Source of the DNA: Mobula hypostoma
Taxonomy: Eukaryota
NCBI RefSeq assembly: GCF_963921235.1
Contig: NC_086118.1
Location: 20,152,001-20,216,000, forward strand
Direction: 5' to 3'
DNA length: 64,000 nt
A model generated the notes under the pieces. It saw only the letters and a list, made by a program, of their open reading frames with translations, searched no databases and had not been told where the DNA came from. Shown here in pieces: positions 13,290 to 25,978 of the stretch; position 1 is the stretch's first letter; every line of letters starts with the position of its first letter. The position numbers and the translations under genes were made by a program.

Positions 13290-13963
13290 AACCCCTATTG
13301 ACATCAATAGATCGGGGGTTGAGAGGATAAACAGCTTTAAGTTCCTCGGCATCCACGTCACTGAGGACCTCACATGGTCTGTACACACCAGCTGTGTGGT
13401 GAAAAAGGCACAACAGCACCTCTTTCACCTCAGGCGGTTGAGGAAGTTTGGTACGGGCCCCCAAATCCTAAGAACTTTCTACAGGGGCATAATTGAGAGT
13501 ATCCTGACTGGCTGCATCACTGCCTGGTATGGGAACTGTACCTCCCTCAATCACAGGACCCTGCCGAGAGTGGTGCAGACAGCCCAGCGCACCTGTAGTT
13601 GTGAACTTCCCATGATTCAGGACATTTACAAAGACAAGTGTGTAAGAAGGGCCCATAGGATCATTGGAGACCCAAGTCACCCCAAACACAATCTATTCCA
13701 GCTGCTACCATTCGGGAAATGGTACTACAGTATAAAAGCCAGGACCAACAGACTCCGGGACAGCTTCTTCTACCAGGTCATCAGACTGATTAACTCACAC
13801 CAATTTGTGTGTATTCAATGCTACATTGACTGTTCTATTTATTATAAATTATTATAAATTACTATGATTGCACATTGCACATTTAGACGGAGACGTAACG
13901 TGAAGATTTTTACTCCTCACGTATGTGAAGGATGTAAGAAATAAAGCCAATTCAATTCAATTC
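13290..13963 (+). mobile_element. Rex1/Babar LINE 3' fragment
   Basis: ORF 13396-13857 (KKAQQHLFHLRRLRKFG..FYRGIIESILTGCITAWYGN); AATAAA then (attca)n tail. Confidence 0.9.
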
Positions 13964-16239
13964 TGTAACAGCTATCAGTTGTCTCATTCCATTTTACTGA
14001 AGATGTTACCATTTTGAATGTAATCCTCAGCAAAATATTGGCAGAGTTTGCTTTTCCTTTTCAACTACTGACTGACCTGCAGTATATGTCTAGCACTTTG
14101 ACCTCACTAATGTGCATTAGACCCTGGTAACCAAGTGTGTCAAATCTAAATTTTCCACCATGTTCCAATGCCTATATGGCATTGCTCCTCATACCTTTAT
14201 AACCTGAGCATTCAGCCCACCTTCCCTACTCTCTGTTTGATTGTAGTGCAAGCCTAATTCTTTGTCTTGTCATTGACCACTCTATCTTCAGATGCTTAGC
14301 CTTCAAATCCCAGCTTCAATGGATTTTCCTTCCTTAAACCCTTTTGCCTCTGTGTGTCCTCATCCCACACGCACACATTTATAAATGTATTTAAAGGTCA
14401 CTTATTCAAACAAGAATTTAGTCACCTCCATTTCTCTAATATTTCCTCTATTAAAATTTTTCACTATGTTTTTATGAAGACATTTTAATATCTCACCGGT
14501 TAAAGGATCCAAATCATTACAGGTTCTTCTCATCTCAATGTAATCCAAAGAAAATGATGTAATCAAACAAACACAAAATCAAAGCATTCAAGAACTACCG
14601 CGAACATTGTGCATTATTACTACCTGTCACTGCTTTTAAAAGTTAATTTACAGAACATCAAATTTATGAGTCCTTTAATTATTATGCTGATATTGTGTGC
14701 ACATGGACCATTCATTAAAAGTTTCAATGAATCATTGAAACTATTTTAAATGTCCACTTGCATGATCTGTTTATCAATTCTTTGTTGAACTGCTTTCTGT
14801 TAAGTTTTTAAGTTGGTTATTACATTCATTCTGGCGACAAGTAATTACAAGGTCCATTAAAGTCGAACGTGTTGGGTTCTGGGAACGCTCAGGAGCACCG
14901 GAATATAAAGTTGGAAATCCTAAAATGATGAATAAGAGAAAATTTCTAAAAATGGGAACATGGAAAGGGTAACTAACCTGTCAAGACTGTCTTGGACTTA
15001 GTAGATAATGAAGATTAATTTCCTCAACCCCACTAAGCCAAAAGTAAAATTATCATAGCTTGACACTCATCGTTGAGTTCTTCCAAACTCTTCGTAAATT
15101 GTCAAAACAATATAAGTGAGGAGATAAAGACAAGCTTTAAAGGACAGTGAGTGGGTTGTGATAAATCCTTCAGAATCAGATCTATTATCACTGACATATG
15201 TCATTAAATTTGTTGTTTTGTGGCAGCAGTACAGTGCTATACATAAAATATACTGTAATTGCAGTAAGAAATATATAAGTAATATAAAAGTAGTGCAAAA
15301 AGAGAGCAAAATAACGATGTAGTGGTCATGAATTCGTGAAATGTTCAGGAATCTGATGGAAGAGGGGAAGAAACTGTTTCTAAAACTTTGAGTGCATGTC
15401 TTCAGGCTCCTGTACCTCCTCCCTGATCGTAGAAATGAGAAGACTTGGTGATGGGGGCCCTTTTGAGGCATTGCCTTTTGAAGATGTTCTCGATGACTGG
15501 GAGGCTATTGCCCATGATGGAGCTGGCTGAGTTTTCAGCCCTCTGCAGCTTTTTCCATTCCTGTGCATTTGTGTCTTATAGCAGACAGTGATCCAGCCAG
15601 TTAGAATGCTCTTCCCAGTACGCCTATAGAAGTTTGCTAGAGTCTTCAAAGTTCAAGTAACGTTAATATCAAAATCATCACGTACTACCCTGAGATTCAT
15701 TTCTTGCGGGCGTTCATAGTAAATAGAAACACAATAGAATCAGTGAAGAGCTGCATGCGACAGAGATGAACAAACAACTAACGTGCAAAAGACAACAAAC
15801 TGTGCAAATACTAAAAGAAGAAATAATAATTATAATAAATAAATAAATATTGAGAGCACAACATTCAAAGTCCTTAAAAATAAGTCCATAGGTTGTGAGA
15901 ATTCAACGTTGAGGACTATGAAGCTATCCCCTCTGGTTCGAGAGCCTGATGGTTGAAGGGTAATAACTGTCCCGGAACGTGGTGGTGTGGGACTTGACGC
16001 TCCTGTACCTCCTTCCCGAGCAGTGGGAAGAGAGCATGGCCTGGATGTTGGGGGTGCCTGATAATGGATACTGCTTTCCTGCAACAGCGCTCCTTGCCAA
16101 TGTACTCAACGGCTGGGTGCACTTTACCTGTGATGTACTGGGCTGTAACCACTGCTTTTGTACTCTTTTCCACTCAAAGACATTGGTGTCCCTATACTAG
16201 GCCATGATGCATCCAGTCAGTATATTCTCTATCACACAT

Positions 16240-16468
16240 CCCACCACTATCTGTAAGGAGTTTATACATTCTCCCTGTGAACGTGTGGGTTTCCTCTGGG
16301 TGCTCCAGCTTCCTCCCACAGTCCAAAGCTGTGTTAGTTGGTAGGTTAATCAGTCATTGAAAATTGTTCTGTGAATATGCTGGGGTTAAATCAGGTTTTT
16401 TGGGCAGTGTGGCTTGAGGGGCCAAAAGGGCCTACTCCACATTGTATCTCAATAAGTAAATAAATAAA
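16240..16468 (+). mobile_element. V-SINE/HE1-like SINE fragment
   Basis: Core gtgggtttcctctgggtgctccagcttcctcccacagtccaaag; (taaa)n tail. Confidence 0.8.
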
Positions 16469-16555
16469 GTTTGTCAAAGTTTTAGATAACATTTTGAATC
16501 CACACAAACTTCTAAGAAAGTAGAGGTGCTTCTTTGTCATGGCAGTTACATGTTA

Positions 16556-17177
16556 AGACTGATTTATACTTCTGTGTAGGCTCTACGCTGTAGCCTACGC
16601 AAGTGGCCTACGCCTTTGTAAGCATTTATACTTGTGCGTCAGTGTGTCTGCGTCGCTCTGCAATTCACCGCCAAAACGCTAGTTGGCAGTGGGGTTTCTA
16701 TGCCACTGTTTTGAGTTTCTTCGTGTACTTCAAACAATGGCGACTGAAACTGAACGCATCATGTTGGAGTTGGAGCTAGTAAGTGTTGAACAAGAGTTAC
16801 CTTTATTGAAATTACTGCAATGCAGAAAAGAGAGAAGACATCGGAGGAGATGGTGTGTACGACTATTGAACGGATTGAGGCAGAAGGAGGGTGAATTTTC
16901 TGTGCTTGTCCGGCCACTGAGAGACATGGACGAGGAAATGTATTTCAAATATTTTCGGATGTCGGCAGGTAGATTTGAAGATTTGACGAGAAGAAGTAAC
17001 CGGAAATGCATAGGAGGAAATGCGATGCTAGCAAGCAGACCAATCACAGTTGTTGCAGTCTGCGTCACCGTGATGCGTAGTTACATTTTTGGGGAGGTGC
17101 GCATCAGGCTACGGAGTAGGGTACGCGGCTACACCATACCTACGGCGTGGATTCGACGCAGAAGTATAAATTGGCCT
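16556..17177 (+). mobile_element. Internally deleted PIF/Harbinger DNA transposon retaining the transposase N-terminus
   Basis: Imperfect TIRs (agactgatttatacttctg / cagaagtataaattggcct); TTA TSD at 16553-16555 and 17178-17180; peptide RRWCVR..EGEFSVLV..DEEMYFKYFRMS..FEDL. Confidence 0.88.
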
Positions 17178-17719
17178 TTAGACCCAGGACAGATTGTCAG
17201 AAATGATAACACTGAGGAATATAAGGTTGCTGGATCTCTCCACCTCTGACCCTCTGATGAGGACTGGCTCATGGACCCCTGGTTTCCTCTTCATGTTGTA
17301 AATAACAATCTCTTTGGTTTTGCTGACATTGAGTGAGAGGTTGTTGTGATGGCACCGTTCAGCCAGATTTACAATCTCCTTCCTATATGCTGATTTATCA
17401 TCACCTTTGATTTGGTCCACCACAGTGGTCTCATAAGGAAACTCATATATGGCATTGTAGCTGAACTTAGCCTCACAGTCAGAATTATAAAGTGAGTAGA
17501 GCAGGGGGCTAAGCACACAGCCTTGTGCTGCTGGAGATTGTGGAGATGTTGTTGCCAGTCCAAACTGACTGGGGTCTACACGTGAGGAAATCGAGGATCC
17601 AGTTGCACAAGGAGGTATTGAGGCCTCGGTCTTGAAACTTATTGATTGGATTCGAGGGAATTATGGTGTTGAATGTAGAGTTGTAATCAATGAAGAGCAT
17701 TCTAATGGATGCATTTTCA

Positions 17720-19446
17720 TTAACAAGAGAAAATCTGCAGACACTGGAAATCCAAGCAACACACACAAATTGCTAGAGGAATTCAGCAGGCCAGGCAGTG
17801 TCTATGGAAAAGAGTATGGTTGACAGTTTGGGCTCAAACCTTCATCAGGACTGGAGAAAAGAAGATGAGGAATCAGAGTAAGAAAGTGGGAGGAGGGGAG
17901 GAAGAACCACAAGGTGATAGGTGAAACCGGGAAGGGGGAGGGGTGAAATAAAGAGCTGGGAAGTTGATTGATAAAAGGGCTGAAGGGGAATCTGATAGGA
18001 GAGGACTGAAGGTGATGGAAGAAAGAAAAGGGAGGAGGAGAACCAGAGGGAGGTGATAAGGTGAGAGACAGAAATGGGAATGGGGAATGGAGAAGGAGAG
18101 AAGGGGTGGGGCATTACCGGAAGTTCAAGCCATCAGGCTGGAGGCTACCCAGACGAAATATAAGGTGTTGCTCCTCCGACCTGTGTGTGCCCTCATCGCG
18201 ACAATAGAGGAGGCCATGGACTGAATGTCAGAATGGGAATAGGAAGTGGAATTAAAATGGGTGGCCTCTGGGAGATGCGGCTTTTTCTGGTGGACGGAGA
18301 ACAGGTGCTCAGCGAAGCGGTCCCCCAATCTGCGCCGGGTCTCACCGATATACAGGAGGCCACATTGGGAGCACCAGATACAGTAGATAACCCCAACGGA
18401 CTCACAGGTGAAGTGTTGTCCACCTGGAAGGACTGTTTGGGGTCCTGAATGGTAGTGAGGGAGGAGTTGTTGGGGCAGGTGTAGCACTTGCTCCACTTGC
18501 AAGACTAAGTGGTGAGGGATGAACAGACAAGGGACTCACATTGGGACCAATCCTTGTGGAAGGCAGAAAGTGTGGAAAGGGAAGGAAAGATGTGCTTGGT
18601 GGTAGGATCCTGTTGGAGATTGCAGAAGTTATGGAGAATTATGTGTTAAACACACAGGCTGGTGGGGTGGTAGGTGAGGACAAGAGGAACCCTATCCCTG
18701 CTGAGGTGGTGAAATGTCAGAGTGAGGGTAGTTGTGCACAAAATGGAAGAGATGCGGTTGAGGGCAGCATTGATGGGGGAGGAAGTGTTGCCCCTTTCTT
18801 TGCAGAAAGAGAACATCTCCTTAGTTCTCAAATGAAATGCCTTACCCTGACAGTAGTTGTATCCGCAGCGGAGGAACTGAGAGAAGGGGATGGTATTTTT
18901 ACAAGTAACAGGGTGGGAAGAGGTACAGTCCAGGTAGCTGTGAGAGTCACTGGGTTTATAATAGACATCAGTAGAGAAGCTGTCTCCAGAGACAGAGACA
19001 GAGAAATCGAGGATGGGGAGGGAGGTGTTGGAAATGGACCAGGTAAGTTTGAGGGCAGGGTAGAAGTTGGGGGCAGAGTTGATGAAGTGGACGAGCTCCA
19101 CATGGGTGCAGGAAGTAGGATAAGTGCGGGGCAGTCAGCAGTGTAGGTTTGGAATATAGACTGTTCCACGTAGCCAACAAACCGGCAAGCATAGCTGGGA
19201 CCTATTCAAGTGCCCATGTTTGAAGGAAGCAGAAGGAGCCGAAAGAGAAATTATTAAGAGTGAGGACAAGTTCCGCCAGATGGAGGAGAGTGGTGGTGGA
19301 GAGGAACTGATTGAGTTTGGTGTCCAGAAAGAAACAGAGAGCTTTGAGGCCTTCCTGGTGAGGATGAAGGTGTATAGGGACCAGACATACATAGTGAAAA
19401 TAAGATGATCGGGGCCAGAAATAATTGAAAAGGTAAGGGGAAAGGG
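17720..19446 (-). mobile_element. Penelope-like element (RT C-terminus, GIY-YIG endonuclease, terminal repeat), decayed
   Basis: ORFs 19202-19456 (LAELVLTLNNFSF), 18646-19101 (TDVYYKPSDSHSYL..SSHP), 18125-18502 (GVIYCIWCSQCGLLYIGETRRRLGDRFAEH); 9-bp TSD gcattttca at 17711-17719 and 19447-19455. Confidence 0.92.
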
Positions 19447-21839
19447 GCATTTTCACTGTTTAGTTATTCTAGAGCTGAGTGGAGAGCCAATAAAATGGCC
19501 TCCAATGTTGACCTCTAAGGACACTAGGCAAATTGGCACAGATCCAAGTCACTCCTCAGCCAGGAATTGATAGGTTTCATCAGCAAATCCTCAAGGCAAG
19601 TGCCACTGGGCGTTAGTCATTGAGGCAAATTACCATGTTCTTCATACATACCAATATAAATGACACCTGCTTGAAGCAGGTGGGTACCTCAGACTGCTGG
19701 CGGGAGAGATTAAAGATTGTCAGTGAAGACACCAGCCAGTTGAATAGTACAGGTCTTAAGAACTTGGTGAGGTACCCTGTCTGGGCCTGAAGCTTTCCAT
19801 GAGTCCACTCTCCTGAAGGATGAATTCATCTCAGCCTCAAAGACTGAAGTCACAGAGTGGTTGGGGGCTTTGGGAGTTTGTGAAGTTACCTTCACATCTT
19901 GATGGTCACAGCAAGCATAAAGGGTATTGAGCGCATCTGGGAGCGAAACCTTGTTGTCACATATCTTGCTTCGTTTTACTTTATTGTCGTGATTACATTC
20001 AAGACCTGCCACAGCTGTCGAGCATCCTTCAATGATTGAAGTTTGGTCTGGATTTGCCACTTCACATGTGAGATGGATTTCTGGAGGTCATACCTGCACC
20101 TCTTGTATCTTACTTGATCGACTAGATTGACAGACATGGACGCCACTGACCTGGCCCTCAGCAGATTGCAGATTTCTTGGTTCATCCAAGGATTCTGGTT
20201 GGGGAAGACTCTGAATGATTTTGTGAGGACTGTCTTTATAAAGTCTTTGGTGACATACCAAATCTCCTCAAACTCTTAATGAAGTTTAGCCGCTGGCATG
20301 CTTTCTTCATATGTTGGGCCCAGGATAGATCTTCAGTGATGTTTACACATTTTAACAACTCTCCCAACCCTAACACACATTTTTCCAGTTGCAATAACAG
20401 CCATTCTATCATTGCTGAGACAGACTAGTAAGTGGAAGTCTATGAAAATCTTTTCTGTGAAAATCTGTAAAAGGCAATACATCATGGTCAAAAAAGAGTC
20501 AACAGGGAACTGGCCCAAGACAGCAACAACAGCGAATTCCAGAATGGAATGGTATATCTTAGCACAGCACAGTCAAAGTTTACTTATGTTATATCGCAAC
20601 CTCTTGCAAACAGTATTATGGGGATCTGAGTTTATCTGGCAGTCTCTCTTTATCTGCATTAGAGGAATGTATTGATTATGTAAATTGCTTTGCAACTAAA
20701 TTGCAACCACATACTGCCTGTATGTTTACTCAGATGTGTCCTCAGGTTCCTCCTGTAATAGCAGGCAGAAATGGTGGACAGGCAATCCCTGTTGTTTATC
20801 CCTTCGACTGGGATGTCAGCCTCCTCTCGCCTTGGCAAGTCCACCTGCCTGGCAAAGACACCATCACCTTGGTCAGGATATGATCCTCATGAAAGTGAGA
20901 GCACCAGCATTAGTTTCCCCATTTAATTACTATTTTGTTTTATTTTAAAAGATATTTTCCAAAAATGAATTATAATGCTAAGTATAATTTCACTGTTGTC
21001 CATTCCTTCTTTTTAAAAGATTTTGCTTTCTTGAGTCCAGCAATCCATCATTAGCCAAAAACCTGGCATCCAATTTCCTTCACCAAACACTACCCACGGG
21101 CATAAGGAGAAAGGACACCTGCATGATGTAGACACTTACTTATTTACATTGCCTCTGATAACAATGCCTTTATCACGTCCCACTCTTACATTGCACAACA
21201 TGTATATGATGTACTGCTTGATTTGCAGTTTGCCCTTCTGTACTAAACCAGCTTTGATAGCCTCCAAAGATGAGTGGAGACATCGCAATGCACGACTAAC
21301 CTGCGTTCATTCAACCTGACACAAACCCCATTGGTGCTGCTGGTTTAGAGCAGTTACAAAGTTCTGTTGAGTGGCTTTATGTCAGGGTGAGGGGGAGGGG
21401 TGAATTTTGTGAGTAGCCAGCCGCAGTTAAAATTAACATGTGGCATGAGTGCAATGTATGCAAATCATTGTGGAAGCGATTGGGAGTTATTAAAAGGCTA
21501 ATGAGTGTGCAGGAAAGGTTCAGCTGCAGTTTGGCATATAGAGTGCTTTGTGGAGTAATTGTTTGACCATTGCACAGTTTCAGGTGGTCCATATATAGTA
21601 AAGTCTGGTTGTTACATAAGTGGCAGATTCTAAGGGCTATTGATGGGAATGTGAGGAGAATAGATTGGAAATTAGAGCATGACGATTGTAAATGGGTGGT
21701 TAACGACTGGCACAGACTCATTGGGTTGGTAGACCTGTTTCCATGCCGTATAACCCTCAGCTCTAAATTGTGATTCTGTAACTGCTGATTTTCAGATCAG
21801 CTCGGTCTGCTGAGAGGGCCATTGGGGTTTCTCTTCCAC

Positions 21840-22155
21840 CTATCAGAAATATTTATCAGGAACGCTGCATGCACAGGGCCCTTAGCATTGTCAATGATCC
21901 CTTGCATCCAACCAACGATGTCTTTGACCCCCTACCATTGGTCAGGAAACGAGAACTGCTAGGATGGGAAACAGCTTCTTCCCCCAGGCCGGAAGACTAA
22001 TGAAACCCCTGCTACCACCCAGATCTCATCACATTTGAAGCACCTGTAGCATTATACTGTCTTCTTTTTTAACTTGAGTCATAAATGCGCCTTATTACGT
22101 GTTAATTTATCTGTGGTGATATCACTTTAAGTGTTTATATGTAGTGTGTGTTGTG
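21840..22155 (+). mobile_element. Decayed Rex1/Babar 3' fragment
   Basis: aacagcttcttcccccaggcc and flanks match the Rex 3' motif repeated in other copies here. Confidence 0.65.
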
Positions 22156-22877
22156 TGAATGAATTCACTAGAGAAAAGTACTGGTAGAGCTACTAGGACT
22201 TGATGTTTCAATCCCTATGGTAAGTCAGCACTCTCGATGTTGGCAGTGGGTTTGGAGTGGTGACAAGAAGGGAGGGTAGGTACATCATCGGGGTCACCAG
22301 GTGGGCACCCTTCTTCTTTGACGTTTCGTTGATAAGCCCACAACGTCTCCAGAGGACTCAACGGTGCTACCTGGCGTCCCAGATACAACCCCCTGAATTC
22401 CATACCCTCCTCTCTTCATCTTGCAGCCCAGTTGTTGTCTTTCCTTTTAATCCAAATCCAATTGCTGCTTTCTTCTGCTGCATTTGAATGAATTCACTAG
22501 AGAAAAGTACTCGTAGATTGGAAGCAGCTTCTTTATTCAACAAAACGTGATACAGCACGCATCATACGGAGACGCTTTCGGTGGAAAGGTCACCTATGCC
22601 CAGCACTACACACATATTTTGTACTAAAGATCAAAGATAATTCAAACACCCCTATTTACAATCTTCCCACCATCACACACAAAACAGTTGTTAACTTCTG
22701 TCGCAACCTTGCAATGGAATGTGGATTGGACTCGTGCATATGCAGACCATCTGTTTCCTGGTCTGTGAACCTATTGGTCAGAGCTGCAATAAAATCAAAT
22801 CCACAATCCATATTCCGATGTGAACACTGGTAGCCAAAGTTATCTGCTAAATGTGCTAAACCCAAAGATCATTCTAA
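22156..22877. mobile_element. Probable deleted LTR-element remnant with duplicated terminus
   Basis: tgaatgaattcactagagaaaagtact(g/c)gtaga occurs at ~22156 and ~22485; tttatt (minus-strand AATAAA) follows the second copy. Confidence 0.45.
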
Positions 22878-23228
22878 AGGCTAATTTATACTTGTACGTC
22901 AAATGTACACCGTAGGTACAGCATAGCGGCGTACCTACGCTGTATTCTACGCCGAACCTTACGCCGTAGCCTAACGCGCACCTCTCTCTCCCAAAATGTA
23001 ACTACGCGTCTCGGCGACGGAGACCTCAACAACTGTGATTGGTCGGCTTGGTAGCATCGCATTTCCTCCTACACTGCAATAGTTTCCCATTGGGCAACTG
23101 AAGGGCAGGGAAGGAACTCTGGCTACAATGCTTTCCATAAAGCTTTACAGACCTCCGAAATTATGGAGGACCCTGTGCTTGACGCCAGTTTGTAACTAGC
23201 TGCTACAGCCTGTTGACTTCCACCTGAA
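22878..23228 (-). mobile_element. One arm of a Harbinger element related to 16556-17177, truncated
   Basis: taa|aggctaatttatacttg TIR; internal sequence is the reverse complement of ~17005-17177 (gcatcgcatttcctcct, ctgtgattggtc). Confidence 0.85.
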
Positions 23229-25145
23229 AGTCATGTCCTCTTGTATTGAGCAGTGGTGCCCTGGAGAAGAGGCGCTGGCTATCCACTCTATCTATTCCTC
23301 TTATTATCTTGTACACCTCTATCATGTCTCCTCTCATCCTCCTTCTCTCCAAAGAGTAAAGCCCTAGCTCCATTAATCTCTGATCATAATCCATACTCTC
23401 CAAACCAGGCAGCATCCTGGTAAATCTCCTCTGTACCCTCTCCAATGCTTCCACATCCTTCCTATAGTGAGGTGACCAGAACTGGACACAGTACTCCAAG
23501 TGTGGCCTAACCAGAGTTTTATAGAGCTGCATCATGACATCGCGACTCTTAAACTCTATCCCTCGACTTAGGAAAGCTAACACCCCATAAGCTTTCTTAA
23601 CTACCCTATCCACCTGTGAGGCAACTTTCAGGGATCTGTGGACATGTACCCCGAGATCCCTCTGCTCCTCCACACTACCAAGTATCCTGCCATTTACTTT
23701 GTACTCTGTCTTGGAGTTTGTCCTTCCAAAGTGTACCACCTCACACTTCTCTGGGTTTAACTCCATCTGCCACTTCTCAGCCCATGTCTGCATCCTATCA
23801 ATGTCTCTCTGCAATCTTCGACAATCCTCTACACTATCTACAACACCACCAACCTTTGTGTCATCTGCAAACTTGCCAACCCACCCTTCTACCGCCACAT
23901 CCAGGTCGTTAATAAAAATCACGAAAAGTAGAGGTCCCAGAACAGATCCTTGTGGGACACCACTAGTCACAATCCTCCAATCTGAATGTACTCCCTCCAC
24001 CACCACCCTCTGCCTTCTGCAGGCAAGCCAATTCTGTATCCACCTGGCCAAACTTCCCTGGATCCCATGCCTTCTAACTTTCTGAATAAGCCTACCGTGT
24101 GGAACCTTGTCAAATGCCTTACTAAAATCCATATAGATCACATCCACCGCACTACCCTCATCTATATGCCTGGTCACCTCCTCAAAGAACTCCATCAGGC
24201 TTGTTAGACACGATCTGCCCTTCACAAAGCCATGCTGACTGTCCCTGATCAGACCATGATTCTCTAAATGCCCAGAGATCCTATCTCTAACAATCTTTTC
24301 CAACAGCTTTCCCACCACAGACGTAAGGCTCACTGGTCTATAATTACCCGGACTATCCCTACTACCTTTTTTGAACAAGGGAACAACATTCGCCTCCCTC
24401 CAATCCTCCGGTACCATTCCCGTGGACAACGAGGACATAAAGATCCTAGCCAGAGGCTCAGCAATCTCTTCTCTCGCCTCATGGAGCAGCCTGGGGAATA
24501 TTCCGTCAGGCCCCGGGGACTTATCTGTCCTAATGTATTTTAACAACTCCAACACCTCCTCTCCCTTAATATCAACATGCTCCAGAACTTCAACCTCACT
24601 CATATTGTCCTCACCATCAAGTTCCCTTTCATTGGTGAATACCGAAGAGAAGTATTCATTGAGGACCTCGCTCACTTCCACAGCCTCCAGGCACATCTTC
24701 CCACCTTTATCTCTAATCGGTCCTACCTTCTCTCCTGTCATCCTTTTTTTCTTCACATAATTGAAGAATGCCTTGGGGTTTTCCTTTACCCTACTCGCCA
24801 AGGCCTTCTCATGCCCCCTTCTTGCTCTTCTCAGCCCCTTCTTAAGCTCCTTTCTTGCTTCCCTATATTCCTCAATAGACCCATCTGACCCTTGCTTCCT
24901 AAACCTCATGTATGCTGCCTTCTTCCACCTGACTAGATTCTCCACCTCACTTGTCACCCATGGTTCCTTCACCCTACCATTCTTTATCTTCCTCACCGGG
25001 ACAAATTTATCCCTTACATCCCGCAAGAGATCTCTAAACATCGACCACATGTCCATAGTACATTTCCCTGCAAAAACATCATCCCAATTCACACCCGCAA
25101 GTTCTAGCTTTATAGCCTCATAATTTGCCTTTCCCCAATTAAAAA
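23229..25145 (-). mobile_element. Young CR1 ORF2 segment: uninterrupted ORF 23203-25092 (629 aa) with complete RT domain; both element ends lost
   Basis: [43 protein letters not shown] and KFADDTK with no stops or frameshifts. Confidence 0.95.
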
Positions 25146-25535
25146 TACAGGAGCCTTAGGATTACACCAGCAGGTTCAGGAACAGTTACTATCCCTCAAC
25201 CATCAGGCTCTCGAACCAGAGGGGCTAATTTCACTCTACTTCACTAGCCTCATCACTGAACTGCTCCCACAACCCATGTACTCACTTTCAAGGACTCTTC
25301 ATCTCGTGTTCTCAACACTTATTGCTTAATTATTATTATGATGTCTTTCTGTTTGTACTTGAACAGTTTGCTGCCTTTAGCACGCTGGTTGTCCGCCCTG
25401 TTGGTAAGGTCTTTCATGGATTCTGTTATGGTTATTGGACTTATTGAGTATGCCTGCAAGAAAATGAATCTCAGGGTTGTATATGGTGACATATACTGTA
25501 TGTACTTTGGTAATAAATTTACTTTGAACTTTGAA
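25146..25535 (+). mobile_element. Rex1/Babar 3' fragment
   Basis: accagcaggttcaggaacagttactatccctcaaccatcagg; ends aataaatttactttgaactttgaa. Confidence 0.8.
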
Positions 25536-25824
25536 CAAATCCAAACTTTTGCTTAATTTTCCCTTTCCTAAAGTGCCATTCAGAAAAACTAGCCTTTTCA
25601 ATTTGGCTAGCATAAACTGATTGATAAAATGGAATCTTCTAAGAGGTTTAGCTGCCTGAAATATTGGCCTACATTCAGCCCAAGATAGTTACTCATTAAA
25701 GCCAGTAGCAGCTGTGAAGGATGGCTAAGGTAGTTGCCGCAGGAAACACAACATTCAGAAGCTCTCTGGCAGGTCAGCCCCACTTACAGCACCACCACCT
25801 TCCCTATCCTCCTTAGTACTTAAA

Positions 25825-25978
25825 TACAATACTTTACAGTGCCAGTGACCCAGGTTCAAGTCCCACCACTGCCTGTAAGGAGCTTGCACGTTCTTCCATT
25901 GACCATATGGATTTCCTCCGGGTGCTCCAGTTTCCTCCCACAGTCGGTAGGTTAATTGGTTATTGTAAATTATCCCAA
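25825..25978 (+). mobile_element. V-SINE/HE1-like SINE
   Basis: B-box-like ggttcaagtcc; core ggatttcctccgggtgctccagtttcctcccaca. Confidence 0.8.

Larger units (their letters stand above)
15647..20241 (-). mobile_element. Inner Rex1/Babar LINE, itself hosting SINE, Harbinger and Penelope insertions
   Basis: (ttgaact)-type tail at 15647; RT fragments 17178-17516 (LSPLLYSLY), 17509-17766 ([16 protein letters not shown]), 19710-20060 (KASGPDRVP..LAGVFTD). Confidence 0.85.
15170..20350 (-). mobile_element. Outer Rex1/Babar fragment (15170-15646 and ~20242-20350) split by a second Rex element
   Basis: ORFs 15067-15471 and 15380-15649 (KTLANFYR..SILTGWITV; SGRRYRSLK); sequence resumes at 20242; agtctt duplicated at 15641-15646 and 20242-20247. 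Confidence 0.75.

Noticed and set aside
16683..17249. 188-aa ORF as a domesticated HARBI1-like gene
   Set aside because: Starts inside TIRs with a TSD, lacks the DDE catalytic region and reads into unrelated DNA.
20734..20894. Possible plus-strand exon (cag|atgtg..gaaa|gtgaga)
   Set aside because: Moderate splice signals; translations resemble no protein I recognise; no partner exons.
23616..25123. Several plus-strand ORFs of about 70-130 aa
   Set aside because: Antisense shadows of the CR1 RT frame; similar peptides recur opposite other CR1 copies.
25850..25870. tRNA-like B-box (also near 32996)
   Set aside because: Head of a tRNA-derived SINE; no cloverleaf, so not a tRNA gene.
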